64,000 nt of DNA from Patescibacteria group bacterium. Lineage in GTDB: Bacteria; Patescibacteriota; JABMPQ01. Positions 40,410-49,975 of this stretch are shown here, in pieces. The notes under the pieces were generated by a model that ran no database searches, had not been told where the DNA came from, and was given only the letters and a program-made list of their open reading frames with translations. The stretch lies in assembly GCA_041749335.1 (NCBI GenBank), contig JBGTBM010000010.1:221110-285109 (forward strand). The letters run 5' to 3'. Position 1 is the first letter of the stretch. Every line of letters starts with the position of its first letter. A program made the position numbers and the translations under genes.

Positions 40410-40922
40410 TTATTTGATTACACGATAACGCAGCTGAATGGTATTTGGATTAAGCTTTACTAAATCCAATAATTCTAAATTTATATCCAGGGTTTCAGTA
40501 AAAAGGCTCATTCCCCGCCCAAATAACTTAGGCTCAATTGTAATCAACAATTCATCAACTAAATTATTAGCCATAAAGCTTTGATTGACGCTGGCTCCTC
40601 CGCCTAAAATCACCGTTTCAAATTTTCTTTTTTCTAAAAATTCATAAATTTCCCGGGGAGAACCTTTAAAAAATTCCAAAGCGCCCGGTTTCGCAACATC
40701 TTTATAATCCTCAGGATTTTCGGCCAAAATCAAATTCAATCTGCCCGGCAAAGGCCGTCCTATGGTTTCATAAGTATTGCGGCCCATTACAATTACTCCC
40801 GCCTTTTTAGTTTCTTTAATAAAGGCCTGCTTATCTTCTTTTGATGTCCAATCGGCGGCGTGGCTGGTTGATTTAGCAATTTTTCCGTCCGCGGTGACCG
40901 CCATCATTAAAATAATTTTCAT
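40410..40922 (-). CDS. folA: Dihydrofolate reductase family protein
   Basis: MAVTADGKIA, VMGRNTYETIGRPLPGRLN and GG motifs; directly after thyA. The start at 40922 avoids overlap with thyA. Confidence 0.82.
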   Translation of the reverse strand: MKIILMMAVTADGKIAKSTSHAADWTSKEDKQAFIKETKKAGVIVMGRNTYETIGRPLPGRLNLILAENPEDYKDVAKPGALEFFKGSPREIYEFLEKRKFETVILGGGASVNQSFMANNLVDELLITIEPKLFGRGMSLFTETLDINLELLDLVKLNPNTIQLRYRVIK

Positions 40923-40926
40923 AAAT

Positions 40927-41799
40927 TTATATTGCGATTTCAAATTTAATCGCGGGATAGCTTTGATAATTCTTTATTTCCGTATCTTCTGCTTTCCAAT
41001 CAAAAATCGTGGTAAAATTTTTTGTCTCCGCTTGTGACAGTGGATATTTATTTACATCACGCTCCAATTGTTCTTTTAATCCATCAATATGATTTAAATA
41101 AATATGGGTATCCGCCAAAAATCCGGTCAGTGTTCCCTCTTGATATCCCGATTCTTTGGCTAATAAGTGCAATAAAGTGGCGTAGCTCGCGATATTAAAA
41201 GGCAGCCCCAAAGCAACATCTACTGACCGCTGGTTCCAGAAAAGGTTTAGCTTATTATCAACAACCGTAACTTGAAATCCATAATGGCAAGGAGGCAGCG
41301 CCATTTGATCTAAATACTGCGGGTTCCAGGCCGATACTATCATACGGCGATCAATGGGATTAGATTTCAGCCTGTCTACTATAATTTTAAGCTGATCCAC
41401 TCCCTGACCGATATAATCAGAATCATAAGAAATATATTTTGCTCCAAAGTGCCGCCACTCCCAGCCATAGATCGGGCCCAAATCCCGCTCGGCCGCCATT
41501 TTTTGCTTAGTTTCTTCGTTATGTCCGTAGGGAACTTTTTGGGGATTGCACCATTCATCCCAAATATGATTATTGCGATCTTGCAGCCACTTTTTATCAG
41601 TTAATCCCTTGATGAAAAATTCCAGCTCGGTTGCTACCAGCCGATAGGGAACTTTTTTAGTGGTAAGTAGGGGAAATCCTTCCTGCATATTATGTTGAAA
41701 TATTGTTCCCGGTATTGATATATTCCCCACCCCGGTACGGTCTTCCTTTTTCTGGCCATGATCCAAAATATCTTTAACGATTTCTAAATATTTTTTCAT
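40927..41799 (-). CDS. thyA: Thymidylate synthase
   Basis: DRTG, FPLLTTK, MALPPCH and QRSVDVALGLPFNIASY motifs. Confidence 0.97.
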   Translation of the reverse strand: MKKYLEIVKDILDHGQKKEDRTGVGNISIPGTIFQHNMQEGFPLLTTKKVPYRLVATELEFFIKGLTDKKWLQDRNNHIWDEWCNPQKVPYGHNEETKQKMAAERDLGPIYGWEWRHFGAKYISYDSDYIGQGVDQLKIIVDRLKSNPIDRRMIVSAWNPQYLDQMALPPCHYGFQVTVVDNKLNLFWNQRSVDVALGLPFNIASYATLLHLLAKESGYQEGTLTGFLADTHIYLNHIDGLKEQLERDVNKYPLSQAETKNFTTIFDWKAEDTEIKNYQSYPAIKFEIAI

Positions 41800-41809
41800 T
41801 TATAAAAAA

Positions 41810-42604
41810 CTATTTGATTTTATAAACCGCGTCAATCTTAACCGATACCTCTTCTTGTCCGCTGGGAATTTCGGGAATTATTTCTGCTTCACCCGACAAC
41901 TCCGCCTTATCCATAGCAGCGTAAAACGGACCGGGAATATTCACTTCAGATTCGGTGATGCTAATTACCTCTCCCAGTTCGCTGCCAGAGGCCGTCACCA
42001 AAGCCACCGCTCTCTCCTGCGCATTCTGATAAGCCAAATCCAGCGCGTCTTTTTTAAATTTTTCCATATTTTCTACCGTAAAGCCTACTCCTTGAATATT
42101 ATTTGCCCCGGCTTCGGCTGCCTTGGTAAGCACCCGGCCGACGTTTTGCAAATCGCGAATAATAACATTTATATTTTGATCCGTGCGATAGCCGATTACT
42201 TTTGATCTACCCTCGCTATAATCATATTCCGGACCGATTTGGTAATTCGTCGTCTGCAAATCTTCATCTTTTATATTTTGATTTTTTAACGCTTCAACAA
42301 TTTTATTGATTTTGGCTGAATTTTCGTCTTGGGATTTTTCGGTAGTTTCCGCGATGGTATAAGCGCCGATCGTCACTGTCGCAATATCCGGAGTAATTTT
42401 TATTTTGCCTTCCCCGCTGACGCTGACTTTCTTTTCTTTCTCCACTTCCACAATGTCCGGCTGAATCAACTCAATTCTAAAAGGCTTTAGTATCAACATG
42501 GCTGAAACCGTAACCAAAGCCGCTCCAATCACACTCAACAAAAAAATAATAATAACAGTTGCAAACACCCTTTTTTTAGGTTTGATGTTGGTTTTTTCTT
42601 CCAT
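41810..42604 (-). CDS. SIMPL (DUF541) domain protein
   Basis: VSVSGEGKIKITPDIA and GANNIQGVGF motifs; N-terminal TM. Confidence 0.9.
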   Translation of the reverse strand: MEEKTNIKPKKRVFATVIIIFLLSVIGAALVTVSAMLILKPFRIELIQPDIVEVEKEKKVSVSGEGKIKITPDIATVTIGAYTIAETTEKSQDENSAKINKIVEALKNQNIKDEDLQTTNYQIGPEYDYSEGRSKVIGYRTDQNINVIIRDLQNVGRVLTKAAEAGANNIQGVGFTVENMEKFKKDALDLAYQNAQERAVALVTASGSELGEVISITESEVNIPGPFYAAMDKAELSGEAEIIPEIPSGQEEVSVKIDAVYKIK

Positions 42605-42619
42605 ATTATTTTAAATTAT

Positions 42620-43048
42620 TTATTTACCGGTAGATCCGAATGAGCCGGCGCCTCTGGCCGTTTTATCTAAATCGTCCACCTCTTCAATTCCCGCATTCAC
42701 AACCGGCTGGATTAAAATTTGCGCGATTTTATCGCCCTTTTTAACATTATAGCTATTTTTTGAAGTATTAAGAAGCACTATTTTATATTCACCGCGATAG
42801 CCGGCGTCTATTACCCCGCCCATAGTTTTGATGCCATAATTAGCCGCCAATCCGGATTTGTCCCAGATTAATGCCGCATAGCCCTCCGGCAATGAGATTG
42901 ATATCCCTGTTTTAAAAAGATAGCGCTCTCCCGAAGCCAAATTTTTTTCTTCCAATGAAAAAACATCAAGACCGGCATCCCCCGGATGAGCATAGGAGGG
43001 AATTATTGCGTCTTGATGTATTTTTTTAATTTTGATTTTTACTGTCAT
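42620..43048 (-). CDS. dut: dUTP diphosphatase
   Basis: GDAGLD, KSGLA, GVIDAGYRGE, GDKIAQ and RGAGSFGSTG motifs. Confidence 0.96.
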   Translation of the reverse strand: MTVKIKIKKIHQDAIIPSYAHPGDAGLDVFSLEEKNLASGERYLFKTGISISLPEGYAALIWDKSGLAANYGIKTMGGVIDAGYRGEYKIVLLNTSKNSYNVKKGDKIAQILIQPVVNAGIEEVDDLDKTARGAGSFGSTGK

Positions 43049-43169
43049 AAAGCATCTAGTGAGAATAATTATCCACCAATAATTTCAACCGATCGTGATA
43101 ATTTAATTTTCCGTCATCATCTTTAGGTTACAGGTTACATACTGCCTGTTATCTGATCGCCCGTTCGCC

Positions 43170-43847
43170 TTATTTAATTTTAATTCCCGGCCCCATAGAA
43201 GTGCAAACGGTTATTCCTTTGATAAATTCCCCTTTGGTTTTATTGGGTTTTAATTTTTTTAGAGCATCCATTAAAGCATTAAAATTTTCTACCAATTGTT
43301 CATCGGTGTAAGATTTTTTGCCGATAGTTTGATGAATTATCCCCGCCGGATCATTTTTAAAATTAATTTTTCCCGATTGCAACTCATTTATTGCCTTAAC
43401 CGGATCGGGAGTGACAGTGCCGACTTTGGGATTTGGCATTAATCCTTTTGGTCCTAATATTCTAGCAACTTTACTTAAATGCCTCATCATTTCAGGAGTT
43501 GCGATGGCAACATCGAAATCGCATTTTTTGGTTTTATCAATCTCTTCCACCAAATCTTCCGCGCCCACTATTTCCGCACCGGCTTGTTTAGCTTTGGCTT
43601 GAATATCAGCTGGCGCAAAGACTGCGATTTTAACTTTTTTTCCGCTGCCATGTGGCAATACGGCAGAACCTTTAACGTTTTGATCAGATTTTGATACATC
43701 TATGCCCAACTTAATATGCGCTTCAACTGACGCATCAAATTTTTCAAACGATACTTCTTTCACCTTTTTCATGGCTTCCTCTACACCAAAAGATTCGTTG
43801 CCTACTTTTTTTTCCGCTTCTGTAAATTTTTTACTCTTTTTCTTCAT
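43170..43847 (-). CDS. rplA: 50S ribosomal protein L1
   Basis: FDASVEAH and LGPKGLMPNPKVGTVT motifs. Confidence 0.97.
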   Translation of the reverse strand: MKKKSKKFTEAEKKVGNESFGVEEAMKKVKEVSFEKFDASVEAHIKLGIDVSKSDQNVKGSAVLPHGSGKKVKIAVFAPADIQAKAKQAGAEIVGAEDLVEEIDKTKKCDFDVAIATPEMMRHLSKVARILGPKGLMPNPKVGTVTPDPVKAINELQSGKINFKNDPAGIIHQTIGKKSYTDEQLVENFNALMDALKKLKPNKTKGEFIKGITVCTSMGPGIKIK

Positions 43848-43857
43848 TTTTTTTCCT

Positions 43858-43893
43858 GTGGTTTTAACGCTTATTGACTAAATAAGCTCCCAC
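43858..43893 (-). promoter_or_regulatory. L1 autoregulatory mRNA site
   Basis: Minus strand GTGGGAG-CTTATTT..AATAAG-CGTTAAAACCAC directly upstream of rplA, typical of L1-binding leaders. Confidence 0.72.
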
Positions 43894-43897
43894 TTAA

Positions 43898-44458
43898 TTA
43901 TTTTTTATTCCAATTTAATATTATGGTAGATATTATCTGTGTCAGCAATAGAATTACTCCGATTGCCAAGCTTATTTGTATAAAAATCGTTATCCGGTTA
44001 AATAAAGCTCCAATGGTTAATAAATGGACATTATGCGGAAGCCATTTAATATTCTTCATGCCCTTAAGTTCAATATAATAGCTGGTTAAATGCAGCATAG
44101 CTTCAAGAAAAAGCGCGGCAATGGCAATTTCAAAGGATATTAACGAACTGAAAGCCAGTGCGACCAGCCATGACATTCTCAAGCGATCCGAAACAAAATC
44201 GTAAAATGATCCCAGCTTGGTTTCCTCTTGATACTTACGCGCTAATTTTCCATCAAAAAAATCAAAGGTCCAATCCAAACCGGCCGCCATCCCTCCCCAT
44301 AAAAGCTCGCCTTTCCAAAAAAAATAAAAGGCCACAATAGTTGATAACAAAGAAAGTAATGTGAGCCTATTTCCATTTAGCCCGATTTTGTGCAAAATTT
44401 TGAGAAAACCATCCGGAATAATCTTATCTGAAAATTTTTTATGTTCCGCCACCAACAT
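43898..44458 (-). CDS. CDP-alcohol phosphatidyltransferase family protein
   Basis: NRLT and DFFDGKLAR...GSFYDFVSD, matching DxxDGxxAR...GxxxDxxxD. Confidence 0.88.
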   Translation of the reverse strand: MLVAEHKKFSDKIIPDGFLKILHKIGLNGNRLTLLSLLSTIVAFYFFWKGELLWGGMAAGLDWTFDFFDGKLARKYQEETKLGSFYDFVSDRLRMSWLVALAFSSLISFEIAIAALFLEAMLHLTSYYIELKGMKNIKWLPHNVHLLTIGALFNRITIFIQISLAIGVILLLTQIISTIILNWNKK

Positions 44459-44511
44459 TTAATTTATTAGAAATAATTAGCGAATATTAAAATTATTAAA
44501 TCTCTTTTTGC

Positions 44512-44937
44512 CTAGCCCTCAACTGTTATACCCATGCTTCTAGCGGTTCCGGCAACAATTTTCATTGCAGCTTCAATATCGTTGGCATTGAGATCCTGCA
44601 TTTTTTTCTCGGCAATTTCTTTAATCTGCGCCCGTGTTACTTTGCCGACTTTTTCTTTATGCGGAATTCCTGATCCCTTTTTAATACCGGCGGCTTTTTT
44701 CAGCAGTTCGGCGGCCGGCGGAGTTTTTAAAACAAAATCAAAGGTTCGATCTTCATAAATGGTAATCTCGGCCGGAATCACATCTCCACCCATGTCTTTG
44801 GTTTTATCATTAAAAGACGTACAAAATTCTTGAATATTTAATCCATGTTGGCCCAAAGCCGGTCCGATCGGTGGAGCCGGAGTGGCTTTTCCTGCAGGAA
44901 TTTGTAATTTTACTACTGTTTTTACTTCTTTTGCCAT
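44512..44937 (-). CDS. rplK: 50S ribosomal protein L11
   Basis: [18 protein letters not shown] motif. Confidence 0.98.
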   Translation of the reverse strand: MAKEVKTVVKLQIPAGKATPAPPIGPALGQHGLNIQEFCTSFNDKTKDMGGDVIPAEITIYEDRTFDFVLKTPPAAELLKKAAGIKKGSGIPHKEKVGKVTRAQIKEIAEKKMQDLNANDIEAAMKIVAGTARSMGITVEG

Positions 44938-44971
44938 ATATTTTCTTAATTACTAATAAATTATTTTATTT

Positions 44972-45511
44972 CTACCAACGATTATCTTGAACTTTCAAAT
45001 AATATCCCAAATGATTCATCACAATATGCAATAATGGAAATCCTACAAGTATGGTAAGCATGACCTGTCCGGATGGTACATAAATTATTGAAACAAATAA
45101 TATGAAACCGATTATAAAATCAATCTGATCCCAGGGAATAAATCTATCACCGGGATTGACGCCTAACTGCCTTTTAATCAGGCTCTTAATGGCATCTCCG
45201 AACAGCACGCCAAATCCCATCAAAAATCCTACCAATACCGCATTGTGCTCATCAAAAGGGAACAAAGTTATTTCCCTAAAAAATTCATACCGAAGATAAA
45301 GCGCCTTTTGCAAAAGAGCAATAAGTATTGCGACCAATATCCCAAAAAAGAAGCCGCGAAATGTTTTATGGCTGCCGAATATCGGCTTGCCATTAATCGT
45401 TTTACCAAAGTCTATGGGATAATTTAAAAAATTAATTTTTTTAAAGATTACCGGCGCCATATTGGCTATGCCCCCCGGTAGAAAAAACCAAAAGGCTTTT
45501 AATAAAAACAT
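44972..45511 (-). CDS. carS: CDP-archaeol synthase-like (CarS/DUF46) cytidylyltransferase
   Basis: ANMAP, PIDFG...IFGSHKTFRG and GDAIKSLIKRQLG..PG....WDQIDF motifs. Confidence 0.82.
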   Translation of the reverse strand: MFLLKAFWFFLPGGIANMAPVIFKKINFLNYPIDFGKTINGKPIFGSHKTFRGFFFGILVAILIALLQKALYLRYEFFREITLFPFDEHNAVLVGFLMGFGVLFGDAIKSLIKRQLGVNPGDRFIPWDQIDFIIGFILFVSIIYVPSGQVMLTILVGFPLLHIVMNHLGYYLKVQDNRW

Positions 45512-45520
45512 GGTATGGAA

Positions 45521-46066
45521 TTAAAGTTTCTTAATTTGCAAAAAGTCTAACTCTACCGGCGTTTCACGCCCAAACATATTTACCAATACTTTAATTTTTC
45601 CTTTTTCTTCATCTATGGAACTAACTTTGCCGTCAAAATCTTTAAAGGGGCCATCAATAATTTTAACCGATTCGCCTACCGCCACATCAATCTTATATTT
45701 CGGCTCTTCCACGCCCATTCTTTTTTGTAATCCGCTAATTTCTTCGCTGGAAACCGGAGTGGGAATAGTGCCGGAACCGACGAACCCGGTTACATTGGGA
45801 GTATTTCTTACCACATACCACGATTCATCCGTCACAATCATTTCCACCAAGACATAGCCCGGATAAATCTTTTCCTCCACCGTTTGCCGCTTGCCGTTTT
45901 TGATCTTGATCTTTTTTTCTTTAGGCACAATTATATTAAAAATCATATCTTCCATTCCCATAGTCTCAATGCGCTGCTTCAAATTTTCCGAAACATTTTC
46001 TTCATAACCGGAATAGGTATGTAAAACATACCAGGCTCTTTCTTTTGTTCCTACTTGCTTTGGCAT
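45521..46066 (-). CDS. nusG: Transcription factor NusG
   Basis: WYVLHTYSGYE, YPGYVLVEM, KOW GPF and FGRETPVEL motifs. Confidence 0.98.
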   Translation of the reverse strand: MPKQVGTKERAWYVLHTYSGYEENVSENLKQRIETMGMEDMIFNIIVPKEKKIKIKNGKRQTVEEKIYPGYVLVEMIVTDESWYVVRNTPNVTGFVGSGTIPTPVSSEEISGLQKRMGVEEPKYKIDVAVGESVKIIDGPFKDFDGKVSSIDEEKGKIKVLVNMFGRETPVELDFLQIKKL

Positions 46067-46126
46067 ATTATTAGTTAAATTTCAAAATTGTTTTTTAAAA
46101 AATTGAAAATTAATTATTTATAAAAA

Positions 46127-46324
46127 TTATACTATCAATTCAAGTACCCAATTAAAGACAAAGTCAAAAACTCCCAAAAATGCAGCGACCGCCAAACTCA
46201 CGGCAACAACAATCAGGGTGTGCCTAAAAAGTTCCGCACGCGTCGGCCACACAACTTTGCCCAGCTCTATCCTGGCTTCTTTAATATAATTTACTACTTT
46301 ATTGTCAGTGATGCTGAATCCCAT
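46127..46324 (-). CDS. secE: Preprotein translocase SecE
   Basis: ELGKVVWPT plus a TM helix; upstream of nusG. Confidence 0.94.
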   Translation of the reverse strand: MGFSITDNKVVNYIKEARIELGKVVWPTRAELFRHTLIVVAVSLAVAAFLGVFDFVFNWVLELIV

Positions 46325-46599
46325 AATTTTTTATATTTAAAAACAGTGGTCGGGCCACTATTTAGCCCTATTTTACTAAAACATTATAACATGTCAAGAG
46401 AAAAATGAATATTGAATTTGGAATAATATATTTTGGATTGTGAATAAAGAAAATTTTGGAATGACAAAATGAATGAAATGAATTTCGTTATCGTTATTAA
46501 AGATACAAGTAGCAAGAAACAAATAAACTTCAATTATCAATAACCATTTTATAAAATTTTTAGTAATTATTAATTGATTATTGTATCTTAAACATTTAT

Positions 46600-46641
46600 G
46601 GGATTGCTTCGTCCCGACATAGCGTCGGGGCTCGCAATTAC
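46600..46641. repeat. REP-like palindrome
   Basis: GGATTGCTTCGTCCCGAC-atagc-GTCGGGGCTCGCAAT; core shared with TCCCGACG-tta-CGTCGGGA at 26797-26815. Confidence 0.6.
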
Positions 46642-46698
46642 TGGTTTTTTATCTGATTCGTGATCTAATTCGTGTTCAATTTGTGATAAAATCATAAC

Positions 46699-48780
46699 TT
46701 AGATATCAAGATTTTTGACATCTTTGGCTCGGCTTTGAATAAACCGGCGGCGCGGTTCCACTTCCGCTCCCATTAGAGTATCAAAAGTTTTATCAGCCTT
46801 TTGCGCTTCTTCTATCTTCACTTGCAGCATAACTCGATTTTCCGGATTCATGGTGGTTTCCCAAAGCTGCGCCGGATTCATTTCTCCCAAACCCTTATAC
46901 CTTTGAATATTTATTTTTGCTCCGCTCTTTACTTCTTTCTTAAATGTTTCCATAATCTCGTTTTTATCCTCTTCGGTGTAGGCATATTGCATCTCTTTGC
47001 CTACTTTAATGCTATACAAAGGCGGTTGAGCGATATATAAATGACCGTCTTCCACCAGCTTTTCAAAATAACGGAAAAATAATGTTAAAAGCAAAGTGCG
47101 GATATGCGCTCCATCAACGTCGGCATCGGTCATAATTATTACGCGATTATAGCGCAGTTTTGTAAGATCCATTTCCTCTCCCACTCCCATGCCCAGAGCG
47201 ATAATCAAAGACTTTATTTCTTTGGAAGATAAAACTTTGTCCAAACGAGCTCTTTCAATATTTAAAATTTTGCCGCGTAAAGGGAATATCGCTTGAAAAC
47301 CACGGTCGCGTCCGCCCTTGGCAGAACCGCCGGCCGAATCTCCCTCCACAATAAAGATCTCGCATTTTTCCGCTTCCTTGGATGAACAATCTGCCAATTT
47401 TCCCGGCAAAGTAAGGCCATCCAGCGCACCCTTTCTGATGACTGTTTCTTTTGCGGCCTTCGCAGCCTTTCTCGCTTTTTGGGCCAGCAGCGTTTTTCCA
47501 ATCATTTGGCGAGCGTCCTGGGGATGTTCCTCCAGAAATTCCGTAAAAGCATCATGCATCAAAGATTGCACTACTGTTCGAACTTCGGCGTTGCCTAATT
47601 TGGCTTTGGTTTGGCCTTCAAATTGTGGATTTCTTAATTTGATGGAAATAATAACCGTTAAACCTTCCCGCACATCGTCTCCGGTCAGATTTTCTTCCTT
47701 GCCCTTAATGTAATCATTTTTACGAGCATAATCATTGATTACACGCGTTAAGGCCGATTTAAATCCCATTAAATGTGTTCCGCCTTCCGGAGTATAAATA
47801 TTATTAGCAAAACTTATCTCAAATCCTTTTATTTCATCGGTATATTGCATCGCGATTTCAACCATAATATCATCCGCTTCCCGCTCCATATAAAAAGGCG
47901 TTTCATGGATAAGATTTTCACCATCATTCAAATGTTTAAGATATGAAACAATTCCTCCGTCAAAATAAAAAGTGAGAATTCTGGGAAATTTTCCCGGCTT
48001 GTCTTCAATTTCTCTTTCATCAATTACTTTTACTCTGACATTTTTGGTTAAATAAGCCTGCTGCCTAATATGGTCGATTATTTTTTTCCAGGAAAATTCA
48101 ATTTTATCAAAAATTTCAGGATCAGGCTCAAAAGTAATAGTTGTGCCTGTTTCCTGCGATCTTTCCCCTTTCTTTACTTTGGTTTTGGGTTTTCCTTTAG
48201 CATATTCCTGCTCAAATTCATAGCCATCTCTTTTCACTTCCGCTTTTAAATAAGAAGATAAAGCGTTAACCACCGAAACACCGACGCCATGTAAGCCGCC
48301 GGCTACCTTATAGCCTACCCCATCAAATTTACCACCGGCGTGTAAAGTCGTAAGGACTGTTTCCAACGCCGATTTTTTCGTTACGCTATGCTTTTCCACC
48401 GGAATACCACGTCCATTATCGCTTACAGTCACGCTGCTATCTTTATGAATAATCACTTCAATATTATTGCAATATCCGGCCATTGCTTCATCGATGGAAT
48501 TATCAACCACTTCCCAGATCAGGTGATGCAGGCCGTCCAAACTGGTACCCCCGATATACATTCCCGGTCTTTTTCTAACCGGATCCAAACCTTCCAGTAC
48601 TGTGATATCTTTGGCAGTATAGGAACCTTCAACTCTGGTGGTCTGTTTTAAGGATAAATTACCCCCGGCTACTATTTTTTTGCCAGCAGCGGGTTTTTTC
48701 CCGGAAGTGTTAATTTTTTTTGCATTTTTGGTATTCTTTTTAGGATTTTCTTTCTTTTTGGAGTTTTTCTTCTTTGGCAT
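46699..48780 (-). CDS. gyrB: DNA gyrase subunit B
   Basis: VRKRPGMYIG, EVVDNSIDE, VEGDSAGGSAK, DADVDGAHI and RYKGLGEMN motifs; Lys-rich N-terminal extension. Confidence 0.96.
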   Translation of the reverse strand: MPKKKNSKKKENPKKNTKNAKKINTSGKKPAAGKKIVAGGNLSLKQTTRVEGSYTAKDITVLEGLDPVRKRPGMYIGGTSLDGLHHLIWEVVDNSIDEAMAGYCNNIEVIIHKDSSVTVSDNGRGIPVEKHSVTKKSALETVLTTLHAGGKFDGVGYKVAGGLHGVGVSVVNALSSYLKAEVKRDGYEFEQEYAKGKPKTKVKKGERSQETGTTITFEPDPEIFDKIEFSWKKIIDHIRQQAYLTKNVRVKVIDEREIEDKPGKFPRILTFYFDGGIVSYLKHLNDGENLIHETPFYMEREADDIMVEIAMQYTDEIKGFEISFANNIYTPEGGTHLMGFKSALTRVINDYARKNDYIKGKEENLTGDDVREGLTVIISIKLRNPQFEGQTKAKLGNAEVRTVVQSLMHDAFTEFLEEHPQDARQMIGKTLLAQKARKAAKAAKETVIRKGALDGLTLPGKLADCSSKEAEKCEIFIVEGDSAGGSAKGGRDRGFQAIFPLRGKILNIERARLDKVLSSKEIKSLIIALGMGVGEEMDLTKLRYNRVIIMTDADVDGAHIRTLLLTLFFRYFEKLVEDGHLYIAQPPLYSIKVGKEMQYAYTEEDKNEIMETFKKEVKSGAKINIQRYKGLGEMNPAQLWETTMNPENRVMLQVKIEEAQKADKTFDTLMGAEVEPRRRFIQSRAKDVKNLDI

Positions 48781-48972
48781 GGTATTTTTAGCTTATTTAA
48801 GGTAAATAATTACAAATATTCGGTATTTGCATATGGTAAAAATATACCATAATCACAATATTATATCAACAATAAAAAAGTGAATTTTACTTGACGGTTT
48901 ATATTAATTCTGTTAATATATTAAATTCTAAATATAGAATGATCTTTAAAAAAGAATGTGAAGGAGAAGCTC

Positions 48973-49911
48973 ATGGAAAAGGCAAGATTGATACTGGTAA
49001 CACACAAGAAACCTGACCTAGATGCAGTCGCATCTCTCTTTTTGTGGCTGATGGCGCATCGGATTCCGTGGGACAGCGGCGAGGATATTTACAAAATGAA
49101 GTTCGTCAATCCGGGTCAAAGGTTAGAGGTTCCCCCCGAAGGAGAAAATATTCGGATTATCCACTTTGATACCGGAAGAATGCATGATGATTACAACTAT
49201 GATCACCATCAGCTAGGGTCGCGTGCGATCTCCGCTACCGGCCTGGTCTGGCAGCGATTCTTCAAACCGGGTGAAAATCCGGCGATCGACGAAATGGTCG
49301 CCGTTATCAATCATTCCGATAACGGTCTTAGATATCATACCGAAGATTTGGGAGCGAGAAATTTATTCGCCTTTGGCTTTATTCTCAGCGGAATTAATAA
49401 GTTTGATCCCCGCGGATCAGACTTCAGCCATACCATGATTACGGGTTTTAGCATGTTGGACGGCTATTTGGCTAACTGCGAAGAAGTGCAAGTCCTCAAT
49501 AATATTACTAACAATATGCCGATTTTCCAAACTTCACTGGGGCAAACCATCGCCCTAGACAATGTGCCGGGGGATTCCTCGGCTATCCGCAGCTATTTGA
49601 AAAAATATTACAACGGCACAAGGGGGCCCTTGGTCAATACCTGCGTGGTAAAATTCTCGGAAGGGTCAATCGGAGTAATTGTCTGCATTGATCCCGGAGA
49701 GGAACAGGATCTTAACGAAGATGCAGGCAATGACAATTACCCCGAAGCAATTTCATTATTTGGAGAAATGAAACGCATTTATAATGAGTTAAAGGATTTG
49801 GATTCCAGTCAAGGCAGTAACATTTACCTTCATTATTCCGGCTTCGCTCTTTACATAAACCGTTCGCAAAAAATAGCCTTGGCGGATGTGCTAAGGCTAA
49901 TCGCAATATAA
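48973..49911 (+). CDS. Divergent DHH/MYG1-like phosphoesterase
   Basis: THKKPDLDA, HFDTG, YDHHQ and SATGLVW motifs. SD AAGGAG supports ATG at 48973. Confidence 0.6.
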   Translation: MEKARLILVTHKKPDLDAVASLFLWLMAHRIPWDSGEDIYKMKFVNPGQRLEVPPEGENIRIIHFDTGRMHDDYNYDHHQLGSRAISATGLVWQRFFKPGENPAIDEMVAVINHSDNGLRYHTEDLGARNLFAFGFILSGINKFDPRGSDFSHTMITGFSMLDGYLANCEEVQVLNNITNNMPIFQTSLGQTIALDNVPGDSSAIRSYLKKYYNGTRGPLVNTCVVKFSEGSIGVIVCIDPGEEQDLNEDAGNDNYPEAISLFGEMKRIYNELKDLDSSQGSNIYLHYSGFALYINRSQKIALADVLRLIAI

Positions 49912-49941
49912 TAATAGGTAGAAATTATTATGAGTTTTCAC

Positions 49942-49972
49942 AAAGACACTAACAAAAGTGTCTTTTTTTTAT
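49942..49972. terminator. Terminator between convergent genes
   Basis: AAAGACACT-aacaaa-AGTGTCTTT followed by a T-run. Confidence 0.7.
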
Positions 49973-49975
49973 TAT

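Noticed and set aside
4229-48780. Inteins or introns in dnaE, nrdJ or gyrB
   Set aside because: Protein lengths and motif spacing are normal, with no intein-type insertion visible.
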